Assembly: GCA_030248215.1 (NCBI GenBank)
Contig: JASANG010003930.1
Location: forward strand, 124,001 to 188,000
Source of the DNA: Enoplolaimus lenunculus
Taxonomy: Eukaryota
Direction of reading: 5' to 3'
Length of the DNA stretch: 64,000 nucleotides
Below, piece after piece: positions 51,883 through 64,000 of the stretch. Numbering within the stretch: the stretch's first letter is position 1; each line of letters opens with the position of its first letter. Position numbers and translations under genes: made by a program. The notes beneath the pieces are model-generated. The model was not told the origin of the DNA and did no database searches. It worked only from the letters and a program-made list of their open reading frames with translations.

Positions 51883-53921
51883 ATGAAGTTTAAGATGCGT
51901 GCTAGGTGGCGTTGTGGTACAGTGTTCGCTTAAGGATTCGCATGCTTGAAGTCGATCCATGCTCGGAAGGTTTGCGTTTCCAGTTACTTTGTAATAAGTT
52001 CTGAAGTTCCTCGCCGTGCCTAACCTAACTGACATCGTCTATTTAAAACTGCTTAATTGCCTTTACTATTTCAGGTGCCAATAAAGGTGTTGTCGGACGA
52101 ATAATATAACATGCCTTAACCATGCTTACTTGTCAATATCGGTTTCGAAAACGGACGTACTGGGAAACCTCAGTGGTACACATTTTATTAGCTTAAATAG
52201 CAACAGAGGTAAATGAGAGCTAAAAACTATTTAATTGATTGTTTAGACAGGCGCTGCAAACCATCTTCAACAAAATCTTTCATTACACCACAAATATTCT
52301 GCGATTTAATAATTTATTTATCATTGACGTTTTTATTTGGGCTTTAGCCTAACTTCGTGCTTTAGCCTTACGATTTTTAATGACACGGCCTGGAAGCGGG
52401 CGCATAGCTAGAGTGGGATTAGAGGAAAGGACTCAGCTCACTCTTGGAAATCCCTAAAAAAATTTTCAACCTTGCTTGTAGTAAGCCGTCGAAAACGCTT
52501 TTATGCCTCTCCTGAAAATTTAACCCCTAGCAAGGTGAGTTGGTTACGGGCCTACCTGGAGGTCTTTTGTAATTCAAAGCTGAGCTTTGCTGGGTTTCGG
52601 CAATCCGCTTGTGACAATATTTTGACTGTCTCGACATTATCAGAAGGGAGTCGGGACAAAAGATAAAAAATTACGCAGAATAAATAGTAGGATATATGTG
52701 TTTGTGTTATTGTTATAGTGTTGTAATTTATGTTTGCGATGCTATAAAAACACAACGCGATATGTCTTTACGTCCACGTTGAGACTACCCAACTTCAGTG
52801 GTATTTCAACATCGCGTACACAAATTAATGTAAATTACGCATAAAACGGCGTCACGCCTTACTCAGAACCAGATATTTTTTGCAGCAGCGCGAGCAGTTT
52901 AACGGAGATGGTCCATTAATCTTGTGTAGTTTTGAGACAGGTTCGATACCGGGATCGCCTCTAAGCCCGTTCTTAACGACAAGCGTGTGAAGAATTCTTA
53001 TAAAATGTTAAATTTGAAGCCATTCTTACAGCTGTCAACTCCAAAATGAATCGTACATTATTAACAAAGTTCACTAGAAAAGGATGTTCAGCCATTCAGT
53101 GAATTAATAAATTAGCCCCGAGACGGCTGAAAATTTATAAAGAAGAACAGCAAAAATTATTTTTTTGTCGAATTTTATAACAAAAAATTGTGATTATGTG
53201 TTTTTTGCATATAAAAATGGTTTTGAAAACATTAGAGAATGCGACAATATATGGAAAGAAACTGACATAACTCATCGTATCGGCAGCAAATATATCGTGA
53301 ATGACTGTTTTATATGGTGTCGCTAAATTCGGAATTTTAGCACATCGAAATAGTATTGATATTTGTAATTAGTCAAGCGGAATTTTCCGCATTTATAATT
53401 CCTTTTAAGTAACACAATGCTACCTATATTTTAACTTCAAAATATTTAACTACTGGAGCTTAAGCTTTAATTTTTGTTGCACTGCATCCAAAACAGTTTT
53501 ATAGTATGTTTCAATTCGGGTTTATAACGCGTTCTCGTCATGTTTGCGGCAGTTGGCACTGAGTTTAAAATGCGACGAAGCGGCCCATAGTACGGGCGGG
53601 GCAGATTGTCTTCCTTATGACGCAGGCCGCTTCATATAGGGTAAAAATCAGTTGTCGCTAAATTTCATTAAAGTTCACGCAGCTGCTGAATTTAATGTTT
53701 TATATAAGCTTTGTTTTTCGAAATACTGCGAAACATTAACACAAATTTGTTTACGCGATTTGCTTTTATTAACAGGTCTAGAATTTGTAAAGTGTTAAAA
53801 TTCGCCCATAAATTAGACAGTTATCAGTTAGCACGAATAGAACAAGCAGTCGCATCTGATATATAAATATTTACTTCAATTAAGAATTAATCGCGTAGTA
53901 AACCAGCATAAACTAAAAATA

Positions 53922-56695
53922 ATGATTGAGCCCTCAAACTTTGCCAAACGATCGGCAAATTTGCGCTTTGCTGCGTTCCTTGCAATTGTTTGCAGTACAG
54001 CTGCTGTTACGGCATGTTTGCTGGCATTTCCAGCTTTATTTTCAATGGTTCATCAGTTACAAACTGAGGTTGAGCATGAAGCAACATTTTGTCGGGTAAG
54101 TCATGCAGTTTCAGTTCCGTGTTAACTGGGCCTGCCTGCTAAAACCTAATGGTAAACATAAGCCTAAAAATAACTCTAATAGCCGGAGCCTAAACCTATA
54201 TTTTAACTTACCAGTTTCTAAGTTTTAAGTTCCTATATCTACCGTTGGGCAGGCCCTATAATTAACAAGGACCCAGTTTGTAATGTAAAACCCACAATTC
54301 GCTCAACGTCTGTACGCTCTTCAGTGATGTATTTATTGTTGACAACTGTGGGGGCTCTAGAGAAAGGGAACATAGGATAATTAAAAGTCAAAAACATGGT
54401 GTAACCGGATATCCGTTTGTGTTCCCAGTACAAACCGGTGGCGGTTTCCGTACATCGGAAATTTCGGTTACTTATTTATACCCATAGTTGTAAATAGCTT
54501 AAGGATCATTCAGGTTTTTGTGTATAAGTATGTCGCAGTAGTTTGAACCAAAAAGAAACAAAAATGCTTGTAAATATTAACAAATCTTGCATGCATTCGC
54601 TATATTTCAATACATGTTCAGAAATTCCAGTGAATATATGCAGCCCTCAAATGCACTGCAAAAACAAAACATCTTTTAAACGTTTAAAATCTACTTGTAA
54701 TTAATATCCGTTTTCTGTTTCCGCTATTTCGATAGGTATACAATGAATACTTTTAACTGTTTAACAATTCTTATGCACGGTTTAAACTCTATCTGATAGT
54801 CAGCTATGGCTGGGTCGCAGAGTGACGCAGCTTAAGTCGGCATCTGACTTTAAGTCAATTTTCACTGCATAGTCAGGACAAGTAGCTGTAAAATAGTGTC
54901 GATTTCTGTCAACGTCGATTAATCTGGCAAACAGGTTAAATCTTTGCTGACGATAACATCTGTGGCCAATGTTACTTTAAGAGGCGTAACAGTAAATTAA
55001 GCGTATTCCTAAACCTAAGCCTAAGCCTAAGCGTTGTAAAAATGAGTTCCTAAGCCTAAACCTAAGCCTAAGCCTAAGCCTACGCCAAAAAATATAATCT
55101 AGAATCTAAACCTACTCTTTTATAGACTCACCAGAAATCTGGACGACCCTTAAAGTAACATGGGCCACATCAATGATAGAACTACAGAATTTAAGTAAAA
55201 TACCATCCTGCCTGTTTTAGGCACGGTCTCGAGATCTCTGGAAACGTTTTGTTGACATAAAAACGGCGTCTGTGGACGAGTTCTACGTTGCAACAACCGA
55301 TAAATTTGTGGTTCCAAACACAATTCTTGAAAGCTTAATGGGTCTTCAACAGCACGAACTACAAAAGCGACAAATTTACGGACACATTCAACCGCTTCCG
55401 GTGTACGGCACCAGCGAACAACAGTCCTATTATCCTGAACCAGTATATGGAAATCAAGGGCAAACCAGCTACGTGTCACCGCCACAACCACAAGAACTGT
55501 TCTGTAAGTCGCATCATAGCAATAAAATATTATGAACTGAACTTTGTAGTTTAATAGATGGTTTGAAAACGATTTCATAACCTTTTCGCACACAGGTACC
55601 CTCACTTGGCCAGCATATCTTTCCCTCAACAGGCAAATTTTACACGAATTAAGACTTGGCCCATGTATAGAGATGGACGCTCCATTTTCCGCGAGATTTA
55701 GGCAAATCTTTAGACTTATTTTTTGCTTTAAATGCTCTTTCTCAGACTGGGTCTTTGGTTTAAGCTTAGATTTATGCTTAGGATTACGCTTATATCTGCT
55801 GTGTTAAAGTTACATGAACAATCACTAACAGATAATAGGTACGACACACAACTGAGAACTCAATTTTGTATTTTAAACGAGTTGTTTTCTTCCGATGTTA
55901 TTTGCCACTGAAAATAACGCAATTTATAAAAGCACTCGTGTGATTTTAATCATGAATCAACGGAAATAGCATTCGGCGCTACTAGGATTTTGACAACCAT
56001 GGATAGTACTGCGTGTTTGTAAGCATATTGCCAATTTAAGTGTTCTAATATACAATAATATAATGGGTAATGGTCTCCAACTACTTTTAAAAGGTTATTT
56101 CATTTCAGGCTGCACTTGTCATGTCGGAGAACCTGGATATCGAGGGCCGCCAGGCCGGCCTGGTCGCCCAGGTATAGCAGGAAATATGGGAAGACCAGGC
56201 TCAAACGGTAGACCAGCGCACATGACAATTCCGACGAACATATTCCCGCCACAATGCGAATGCAAAGCGGACAACGGCCCTAGAGGTCCGTCAGGCCCAA
56301 AAGGCGTTCCAGGCCGTCCTGGATCTGACGGTCACCCGGGTAAGGCCGGTCATCCTGGCGGCGACGGGGATATAGGACCTGGCGGTCCGTCTGGTCCACT
56401 TGGTCGACCTGGAGATAAAGGCCCACGCGGTAGTCGGGGAAATTCACAACCAGCAACCGGCAGCCCTGGTAGAGTCGGACGACCTGGTCCTTCTGGATCG
56501 CCTGGACGAAACGGTAAACCTGGTCCCGAAGGCAAGAACGGAGACTATGGTCACCAGGGTTACCCTGGCGAGCCAGGCCGTTTAGGATCGCCTGGAAGCC
56601 GCGGCCGTTCCGGCCAGCCAGGCGATCAAGGATATCAAGGCCCGCCTGGCAGTTGTGATCATTGCCCTCGCAGCCGTCTAGCACCTGGATACTAA
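53922..56695 (+). CDS. col: Nematode cuticle collagen, 347 aa; exons 53922-54095, 55221-55503, 56109-56695
   Basis: Col_cuticle_N domain (FAAFLAIVCSTAAVTACLLAFPALF...FCR|ARSRDLW), KR site, CCTC, two Gly-X-Y blocks separated by QCEC, C-terminal GSCDHCPRSRLAPGY*. GT/AG junctions in phases 0 and 1. Confidence 0.95.
54963..55168. mobile_element. TTAGGC-carrying element, subfamily A, inverted relative to 16178-16382; lies in collagen intron 1
   Basis: tggccaatgttactttaagagg ... (cctaag)n ... cccttaaagtaacatgggcca. Confidence 0.85.
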
Positions 56696-57651
56696 AAGCC
56701 GCACGATAAAAATAGACATTAAACGTAATGAACGTTGAATTATGGTTCAAACTTTGATTTTGTACACATTCTCCTACATGCTTTGAATAGGTTTCCGAAA
56801 AAAACTTGCTTAAGCGTATAAGCCTAATCCTGAGTTTAAACTAAAGCCAAAGCATTAAGCTTAAATGTATGGTGAAAGTGTACAAGAGACCAAACTTTTT
56901 ATATGAAAATGGAATATAATAATTTAATTAGAAAAATAATGTGTTAGCGAAAATAGAGCTTGATACAGATGGACGCTTAAAGTAAATTTAAAGCGCTGAT
57001 TATTGTTTTCAAAGTAGCGCTGAGGATCTGCAGCGAGTACTTTATTCATGTTTTACCTTTAGGATCCTATTGCGTCGCAACTTCTCGACGTCTATATATT
57101 TTGCCCCAAATTCTAATGAGGAAGTGTGATATATATTAGGATGCAACAGTATACTGGTATGACTGACCATTGCCCTCTACCCCTTCGACTATGGGCCCGT
57201 GATAATTCAATCAAAAAACCAAAAATTGTCTGTTCTGGGTCCATGGCACAAGTCTATTGTAGCACGACTTATTTTCTTTTGTTAAACGTTAGTTCAAACG
57301 CGTGGTGCACTCGAATATCACTGTCGCGCTGCGCAGGAGACTCAAGAACTCGCGCAGTGCACAGGTGCTGAACTCGTCCTATCGCACTCGTTTCATACTT
57401 GTTGGTGCGATCGTTCTTGGTTCATTTGCACGGCAAGACAGCGATGTTCTCGTGAACGCACTTGCCTCACGAGCCGAACTGGAGCCAAATGTCGATTATG
57501 ATTTAGCCTGATATCCAGTTTTACCCTGTTTGTGTAAATTTGTCGCAATTGAAATAAGTTCATGAGACAGTTTTCATTAGCCTTCTAAATACCTAATAGT
57601 CATTGGCTCGTGCACACTTTCCTCAAACTAAAGGTTGCTTTATGTTTTTAT

Positions 57652-57869
57652 TGACGTTCGTCTCCGTCCGTCACCCGTACGGCGCCGTCCGTCGCCATTC
57701 ACGTACGATAACGCATGGTGACGGACGGAGACGCCCAGCGCCGTACGAGTGACGGATGATGACGAACGGCACCGGACGGTGACGGACGGTACCGTACGGG
57801 TAACATACGGACGGGCCCCGGACGGGTAGCGGACGGCGCTGGACGGGTGACGTACGGAGCCGGACGTCA
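57652..57869. mobile_element. GC-rich palindromic MITE built from GACG/CGTC motifs
   Basis: tgacgttcgtctccgtccgtcacccgt... / ...ggacgggtgacgtacggagccggacgtca. Confidence 0.75.
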
Positions 57870-58155
57870 TATATAGTGCAACCCTTAAGGTTAAGGTTTA
57901 GGCTTAAGATTTGCCGTAGGAGTAGGCTAAAGCTTAGCAAAGGCTCATGATTATGCATAAGCAAACCTGTTGTAAGCCAAGTCTAAAACTGAGCCCTAGT
58001 ATATACGAACGTGGGGGTGAAGTGTACGCGAACTTATTCATGCGCAGAATTCTATTCAATTCCGACGTTTTGCACTTGTAAAGCTTGATTAAGAAGGCTT
58101 TACAGAGAAAAAACCTCGTTGCAGCCAATACCATAAGTACACGTATAATAATGTT

Positions 58156-61100
58156 TTAAGCAACTTTTTGTTGCTCTGTAAATTCTGCCGAACCGTCTGT
58201 TCGACCACGTGTACATATTGCAATGTAATTTTCGTTTTCGAATGAATCGCCGATTGCAAGGCGTTTGTTTTCACGATCCCAAAAACAGCCTAAAACCACA
58301 TTGTTTGAGATGATCAGAGGTTAAGCAGGATTTATCTTTCAAATGGAACAGTTTCATGCAATAACATTTTCGCAATCGAGCGTAAAAAGTTTTACATCAT
58401 AGAATTTAGCAGATTATTCTAAAGCCTGTAAAAGCGATCATTTTGAAATATTCCTGCAGGAACTTCGGAAGTATATGTATTCCACTGTATACTGTAGATA
58501 TGCCTCAATTGCAAAGGAGCCTAAGATGATTGGGATTTTGCAAACCAAACATATCTGCTGTCTCAGGGGCGTATTTAGAATGGACTATATTTCAGGAGGA
58601 GATAAACTCTCCTAAATGGTTTTTAGGCAAGCGTAGTAAACGAGTAAAATTTTGTGACCTCTACAAGTGATTTTACAGCCTGTTTGCATTTTTTGAGGTC
58701 CTTCTGAAAATTTTGGAAAATTGGTATATTCACATATCCCTTGTGTATATATAACGCTCCTGTCTGTTGTTAATTCTTCCACTTTTAAATTCTGTACGTA
58801 GTGACATATATATGGCATTTTTGATTATTTTTAGGGCCCATGTATAGAACAAGGCCGGTTCGTTTTCCGGAGGGTCTATAATTGAATCAGTTTAAGCTTT
58901 AGACAAATTTTTTTGCTTAGGCTTAGGCTTAGGCTTAGGCTTAGGCTTAGGCGCAGGCGCAGGCGCAGGCGCAGGCTTTCAGGAATAGGCTCATCCATAC
59001 GCTTAGGCTTAGGCTTAGGCTTAGGCTTAGGAATATGCTTATACTACTGTTGCGGCCCTGTTCTATACATGGACCATTTTTAGTGTATTCAGCACTAAAT
59101 TTCACAAAGACTAATGGGATGCTTAACATGAACTTTAGAACAACACATATATACCTAGGGTTACATGGCTGATCAACCTCGTGCTGAGTCGTATATATGC
59201 TATATGAAGGAAGCCAAATAAAATGACTATCACTGCTCAAAAGCCGCACATAACATGGTATACCTGATACAGTAATAACCCATCCGTTATTGACTACATT
59301 GCACAAGTAATAAAATTGCCCGATACGCCATTCTTCGTTTTGACCGTATTTAGCTTTCGCACCGTCAGAGTCAAAATGTTCGCATTGGTTTGAAAATGTT
59401 GTCGGACGATACAAAGGCCATTGGACTTAAAAAATTTTGTCGGAATGCTATATTACAGTATTCAGCTACAACCGGAAATCAGTTTCCGTTTCCGCAAAAT
59501 TCGGGTGTCCGTTTCTGTTTATGGAAATACCGCAAATTCCGGTGTAATATTGCATGGGTTGTAAATCACGCATAAATCGCTCTATTTTTCATTACCGTTA
59601 TGCAGGAACTAACCGATTTGAACTAACAATTACAAAATTCATTCAAAAACTTAAAAAAACTTGGGCGCATCCGCTATTTCTTCCTCTGTGAAATGCAATC
59701 GCGGAAACGCACTCGCAACGGTTTAGACAGCACATGAAATTCAAAAACTTCAATCGTTAAACTATAAAAAATAATTTTGCCATTAAATTGAGTCGTTGCT
59801 TATTTATATCAATATGTATTCAGAATGCAAGCGCAGCAATTCACTGCTACCGAAACTAAGCAAAGATATATACAAATGATTGTTGTAAGTCATATTTCTA
59901 TTTTGCAATTATGGTTGCAGATTTTTGGGTATATTGCATCTAGAACTCAACAACTGCGCTAAACTGGTAAATGTATAGAAGTTATGTGTGAAGAAAGAAA
60001 TTTGTTTTTATGCCTTAACAATAAAATAGGTTGGATTTTAAAGCGGTAGCAATTCCGTTTGTGGCGCTGCAGTGAATAAATCCCTAATTACATTCTTGCC
60101 ATTGCTGTATTTTCGTGAAGAAAATCGAAAAGTAATAAAGCTGTGTTAGTACTACACTAAGCAGTGCAATATTGTAAAAATGAAGTATAAGATGGTCCGT
60201 AGCCAAAATACAACTGGCATGAAATGCAAGCCCGTTTGCCTCGCTTGAAGTTTTGAGGTCTTCTACTTTATTATTAAGCTTACTACTGCCCTCTCTAACT
60301 ATAATATAGATAATCTATTTTTGGTTACTTCAAAAGGTTAAAGAATTAATGTAGCAGCAACTACGATACGAGCAAAGGGCATACATTAAAAAGGGGTCTT
60401 TTTATAAATTAGTTGCGCCGACAAATACGTAATTTAGGATGTGGGCACGCGGCATAAGATTGTAATTTAATCTCGGTGCTTAGAAACATTCAATAATTTG
60501 AAAAAAACACAAAAATACTACTGGAATCTAAAAACTCAACAATTGGAACCTTCTTAAAAGCAGAATAATTCCAACATGCCAGTAAAATGACGCATATGGG
60601 CAAATTACAAGTTGAGTACAGGGCTTATATCTAACCCCAAAATTTTCTGCGAAGAAAAACGCTTAACCAGGCTTTAAGATGACCGACCCATGTAGAGATC
60701 CAGGGGCGGAACGTTTTTCTTAGGGGCAGCTATAAAATCAACATAAGCAATAGACTGTTCTGCTTAGGTTTAGGCCTAGACTTAGGAATATGCCTATACT
60801 ACTGTTACGGAATTCTTCTGTACATTAGTCAGATGACCTTCTTGATTCTTGAGATAAAAAAATTTTGCAACTATGAACGGTGCATGTTAATCAATGAAAA
60901 TTTGTAGATATGTGGTATAAAAGCAAATCGTTACGGCACAGCTAAAAACCTCACGCAATGTTTTATTTGCAGCAGATTGAGCATGCGTTTCGGCGTTCGG
61001 TTGCTTTGACTTGCTTTCGTTTGGAATAATTTGAAGCAACACTAAATCTTCGTGAGGAAGACATCGTACAAGCGCTCCAGGAACATCAATCTCTTCGCCA

Positions 61101-62025
61101 ACAAGGATTTCAAATTCTTGCCTGCTGCCGTCGTTGAGAGCATACCAGCATGCTGAAAATAAATATCTCGTGGTAAATTTACAGGCCCATAGCCTGCTAA
61201 ATAATATAGGGCAGTGAAGAAATATTCATGAGGTGCATGCAAGGATTTACCGTGACGCGCTACTGCAAAAAAATGTCTGGGTCTTAGTAAGACCGACGTC
61301 GCTTTAACACACTGGATGACCCATTACAAGTGTTGTTAAAATTGAAGTGTTTCTAAGAAAGGATCATATTTCCCTATTAATAACCATCTGGTTATGCGCT
61401 GGCATATTTGTAGAACGGCTATGAATACATAACAATAAGACAAAATTCAAACTGTTTTTATTCAAAGACAAGAGGTCAGTGAATGCAACACTAAGAAACG
61501 TGTTCTCATATTCTAGATATAAAACCGTATAGAAATGATGAGGAGGCATACAAGCGTATCTTAACTATTACTTATGTTCCAATATTTAAGCTAAACCAAT
61601 ACTTCATATTATCGAAATTGACAAGCACTTATACATTGTCTACTATGTTTTTAACAAGATGTTATTATTTCGTTTCAAAGCGTCCGCAGCAAAATTTTCG
61701 TGAAATACTCCGTATAATACTGTTAACTTAGGAACAACATGAACTGGCCTCAAAACAAAAATAGAATAAACATAAATTTTAGCTAACGAATCCTACCTCT
61801 ACTCAGTGTGAAAACTTGAATATAGGTGACGCAATTAACGTCTCACCGAGTTTGATGCGATTCATAAATTATTAAAGTTTGCTTATGATGGGATATCTTA
61901 AAATAACATACAGACAATTGCTGCTTTCCATCCAAAGTCACCAGTAAGGCATTGCAAGTTGAACTTTCCTTCACGCCAAACATCGCCGTGGACATACTTT
62001 TGGTGATTTCGATAGCAATTTGGAC
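58156..62025 (-). CDS. 5'-incomplete spliced gene (exons 62025-61912, 61152-60955, 59425-59264, 58289-58156) encoding four small Cys-paired repeats, MIG-18-like/fibronectin type-I-like; probably secreted
   Basis: All introns are phase 1 with GT/AG. Translation: GPNCYRNHQKYVHGDVWREGKFNLQCLTGDFGWKAAIVS-CWYALNDGSRQEFEILVGEEIDVPGALVRCLP...-QCEHFDSDGAKAKYGQNEEWRIGQFYYLCNVVNNGWVITVSG-CFWDRENKRLAIGDSFENENYIAICTRG...KVA*. The pattern C....Y..G/NE.W..G.F...C...G recurs. Confidence 0.8.
58834..59075. mobile_element. TTAGGC-carrying element, subfamily B, with expanded (TTAGGC)n and variant (GCAGGC)n arrays
   Basis: gggcccatgtatagaacaaggccg / cggccctgttctatacatggacc inverted ends. Confidence 0.85.
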
Positions 62026-62604
62026 CTGAAAATTTTTCTACGTTTATACTAAATATTAATTGTTTTTATATTTGATTTTAGGCGCGACCACGTGTCCTGT
62101 CTTGCATCTACTTGGAAAAATGCGCGCCATAATTTGAGTCTACGTTGCGGAAATGAATAGTGCCTAATAAGAAAACAGCCGGTTTAACTAATGGGGCTTG
62201 CATGCTAAGTATAGGCCTAATCCTAAGCCCTTAAAAACTAAACCCCATCATTAGCCACTAGATTGCAGAGTGGGACATTACCCGCGGGAACACGCGAGTC
62301 GGGCAACGAATTTCAGCCTCGGGTATACCGGCGAGTAAAGATTTGTACCTCGCTGGTAAAAAATTCACAGTTCTTCACCTGCGCCAATCTTTTTAGTGTT
62401 AAGTGCAAAACATACGCTATTGTCTATTTTAATATTTCTGACCAGGTGCTGTCCGGTGATTTATTTAGTTTGGTTTGAAATTTAGTTATTGTCACCGTCC
62501 TACGGCTGCGCTCCGTTTTCGCTAGCGGTAATCTTCAAACAATTTTGTGTTGAAGATGTGACAGAACGACTTTAAATTGAAAAAGTAGTGATAATAAATT
62601 CTTA

Positions 62605-63043
62605 CTGGATTAACCCGAATAAGAGGGGGGACTGATATATATTTGGCCTCTCCAGAGGGTACCCCCCTTGTTATTCGGTTACGGACTGTTGTATATTTTT
62701 AACCCACGCTCCGCCACCCTTCATTACTGATATATCCGGTACTGCAACTATCCGTTGAATTATATGTTTGTTTGTGTTGTGTCAATAGCTTGAGCGATTA
62801 TGCAAGATTATACGTTGTAATGTACTTTCAAAACTTAAGTACGCTTTCAAGTTTCGAAGTCAAATTATTTGGACCTGGAGTCATTTATGCGCTATAATTA
62901 GGGTTAATTGACATTTATGGACTCTAATTAAGGTATAAGGACTTTATCCGCTACGGACTCTTATTAGGGATACGGACTTCTATTGATCGGGACTCAAAAT
63001 GGGGACCCCCTCTTATTACCCCCTATTATTCGGCTCAATACAG
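62605..63043. mobile_element. Full-length copy of the ~435-bp CTGTAGTGACCCGAAT MITE
   Basis: Inverted homologue of 21810-22244 and direct homologue of ~10885-11215. Confidence 0.8.
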
Positions 63044-64000
63044 TGAGTAACTAGAATTTTTTGTTCATTCAACTATTTTAGACAAATGGTGTTTTATAGC
63101 GTCCAAATATAAAAAAAACTTTGAAAATTCGTAACTCATATAGTAAAACCTAGAGCTTGCTTGTGTTTAAATCAGAAATTTTTAATCAAAAGCTGTGGTT
63201 TGCGAGATAAATCGAATACAGAACACTTGATGTATGCACTAAATAGGGCATTCTTGCAGCCGGCCAATGACTCTGCTTCATTAGCTTTGCCCAATGACAC
63301 CTTGCTACCTGCTGCCTTGAGAGTGTATACGACCGCTGTTTTGTCGTTTGTTTGAGCAATTCATGCAGCTTCGCTGTCTATTGATATTCTATCATACTAT
63401 AAACTGCACGAAATTCGAAAAAAGCGTTAAAACAACGGTTTGACAACACGGTAGATTATTGTTTAAGCAGCTAATTTAACGTGATTTCGGCTGAATAAAT
63501 TTTGTTTCACCTCCGGCTCCGGCTGTTATATTTTCCACCTGTGATTGTATGCTGCGTACTTTTACGAGTTAAGTAGCGCTGACCGTATATATGGCTTTCA
63601 GTCAAATGACTTGTTTCTAAAGTTTTATGTGTAAAATTTATTGAAGGCATATCGCAAAACGTCAGTAAAGCGCAAAGAACCTGCGATCTTTAAAATACTG
63701 CTTTAGTGACAGACGCGGGTAAAAGGTGGGTCGCGGGTATATCTTCTTTGAGCGGGTATACCCGCGGGTAAAAAATGTTTATTTTCGTGAGTACAGCGTG
63801 GTTCGGGTAAAAAATCCTTACCCACTTCCAACTCTGCTAGGCAGAGTTTAAACTTCTACAGTTCTAGGGCCGCATTAAGGTGGTAGAAGGCCCGGGGCCG
63901 AGATGACAAGCATGCCGATTCTTATCCATGAATGTTTATATACAAGTTCGCACACTAATACATATTAATCAACTAAGCCAAGGCTTGTCTTACCAAGTCT

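Noticed and set aside
56280..56750. Antisense and alternative-frame ORFs, including a Gly/Pro-rich one
   Set aside because: They are shadows of the collagen Gly-X-Y codons.
57302..57511. 69-aa ORF downstream of the collagen
   Set aside because: It has no ATG, no recognisable domain and no partner exons.

Overview
AT-rich, intron-rich eukaryotic DNA, almost certainly from a nematode: it has a cuticular collagen, TTAGGC telomere-type repeats and TTTCAG/TTTTAG splice acceptors. I could assemble four spliced genes by hand with consistent intron phases. (1) + strand 8570-17899, 8 exons, ~495 aa: a type-I membrane protein with signal peptide, C-type lectin domain, sushi/CCP domain, poly-Thr mucin stalk and TM helix. 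(2) - strand 30806-25207, 3 coding exons, up to ~744 aa: a long, low-complexity secreted protein ending in an LDLa domain, resembling Drosophila Jelly belly/C. elegans HEN-1 (ALK/SCD-2 ligands). (3) + strand 53922-56695, 3 exons, 347 aa: a cuticle collagen. (4) - strand 62025-58156, 5'-incomplete: a protein of four small Cys-paired repeats, MIG-18/Fn1-like. Introns and intergenic DNA are packed with non-autonomous inverted-repeat elements. One ~200-240 bp family carries internal TTAGGC arrays, and its terminal arms differ between subfamilies but stay self-complementary. Other elements are TA-flanked Tc1/mariner-type MITEs, a hAT-type MITE with an 8-bp TSD, and long palindromes. Most short ORFs in the supplied track are shadow frames or repeat-derived. 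All homology assignments are from motif recognition, not database searches.
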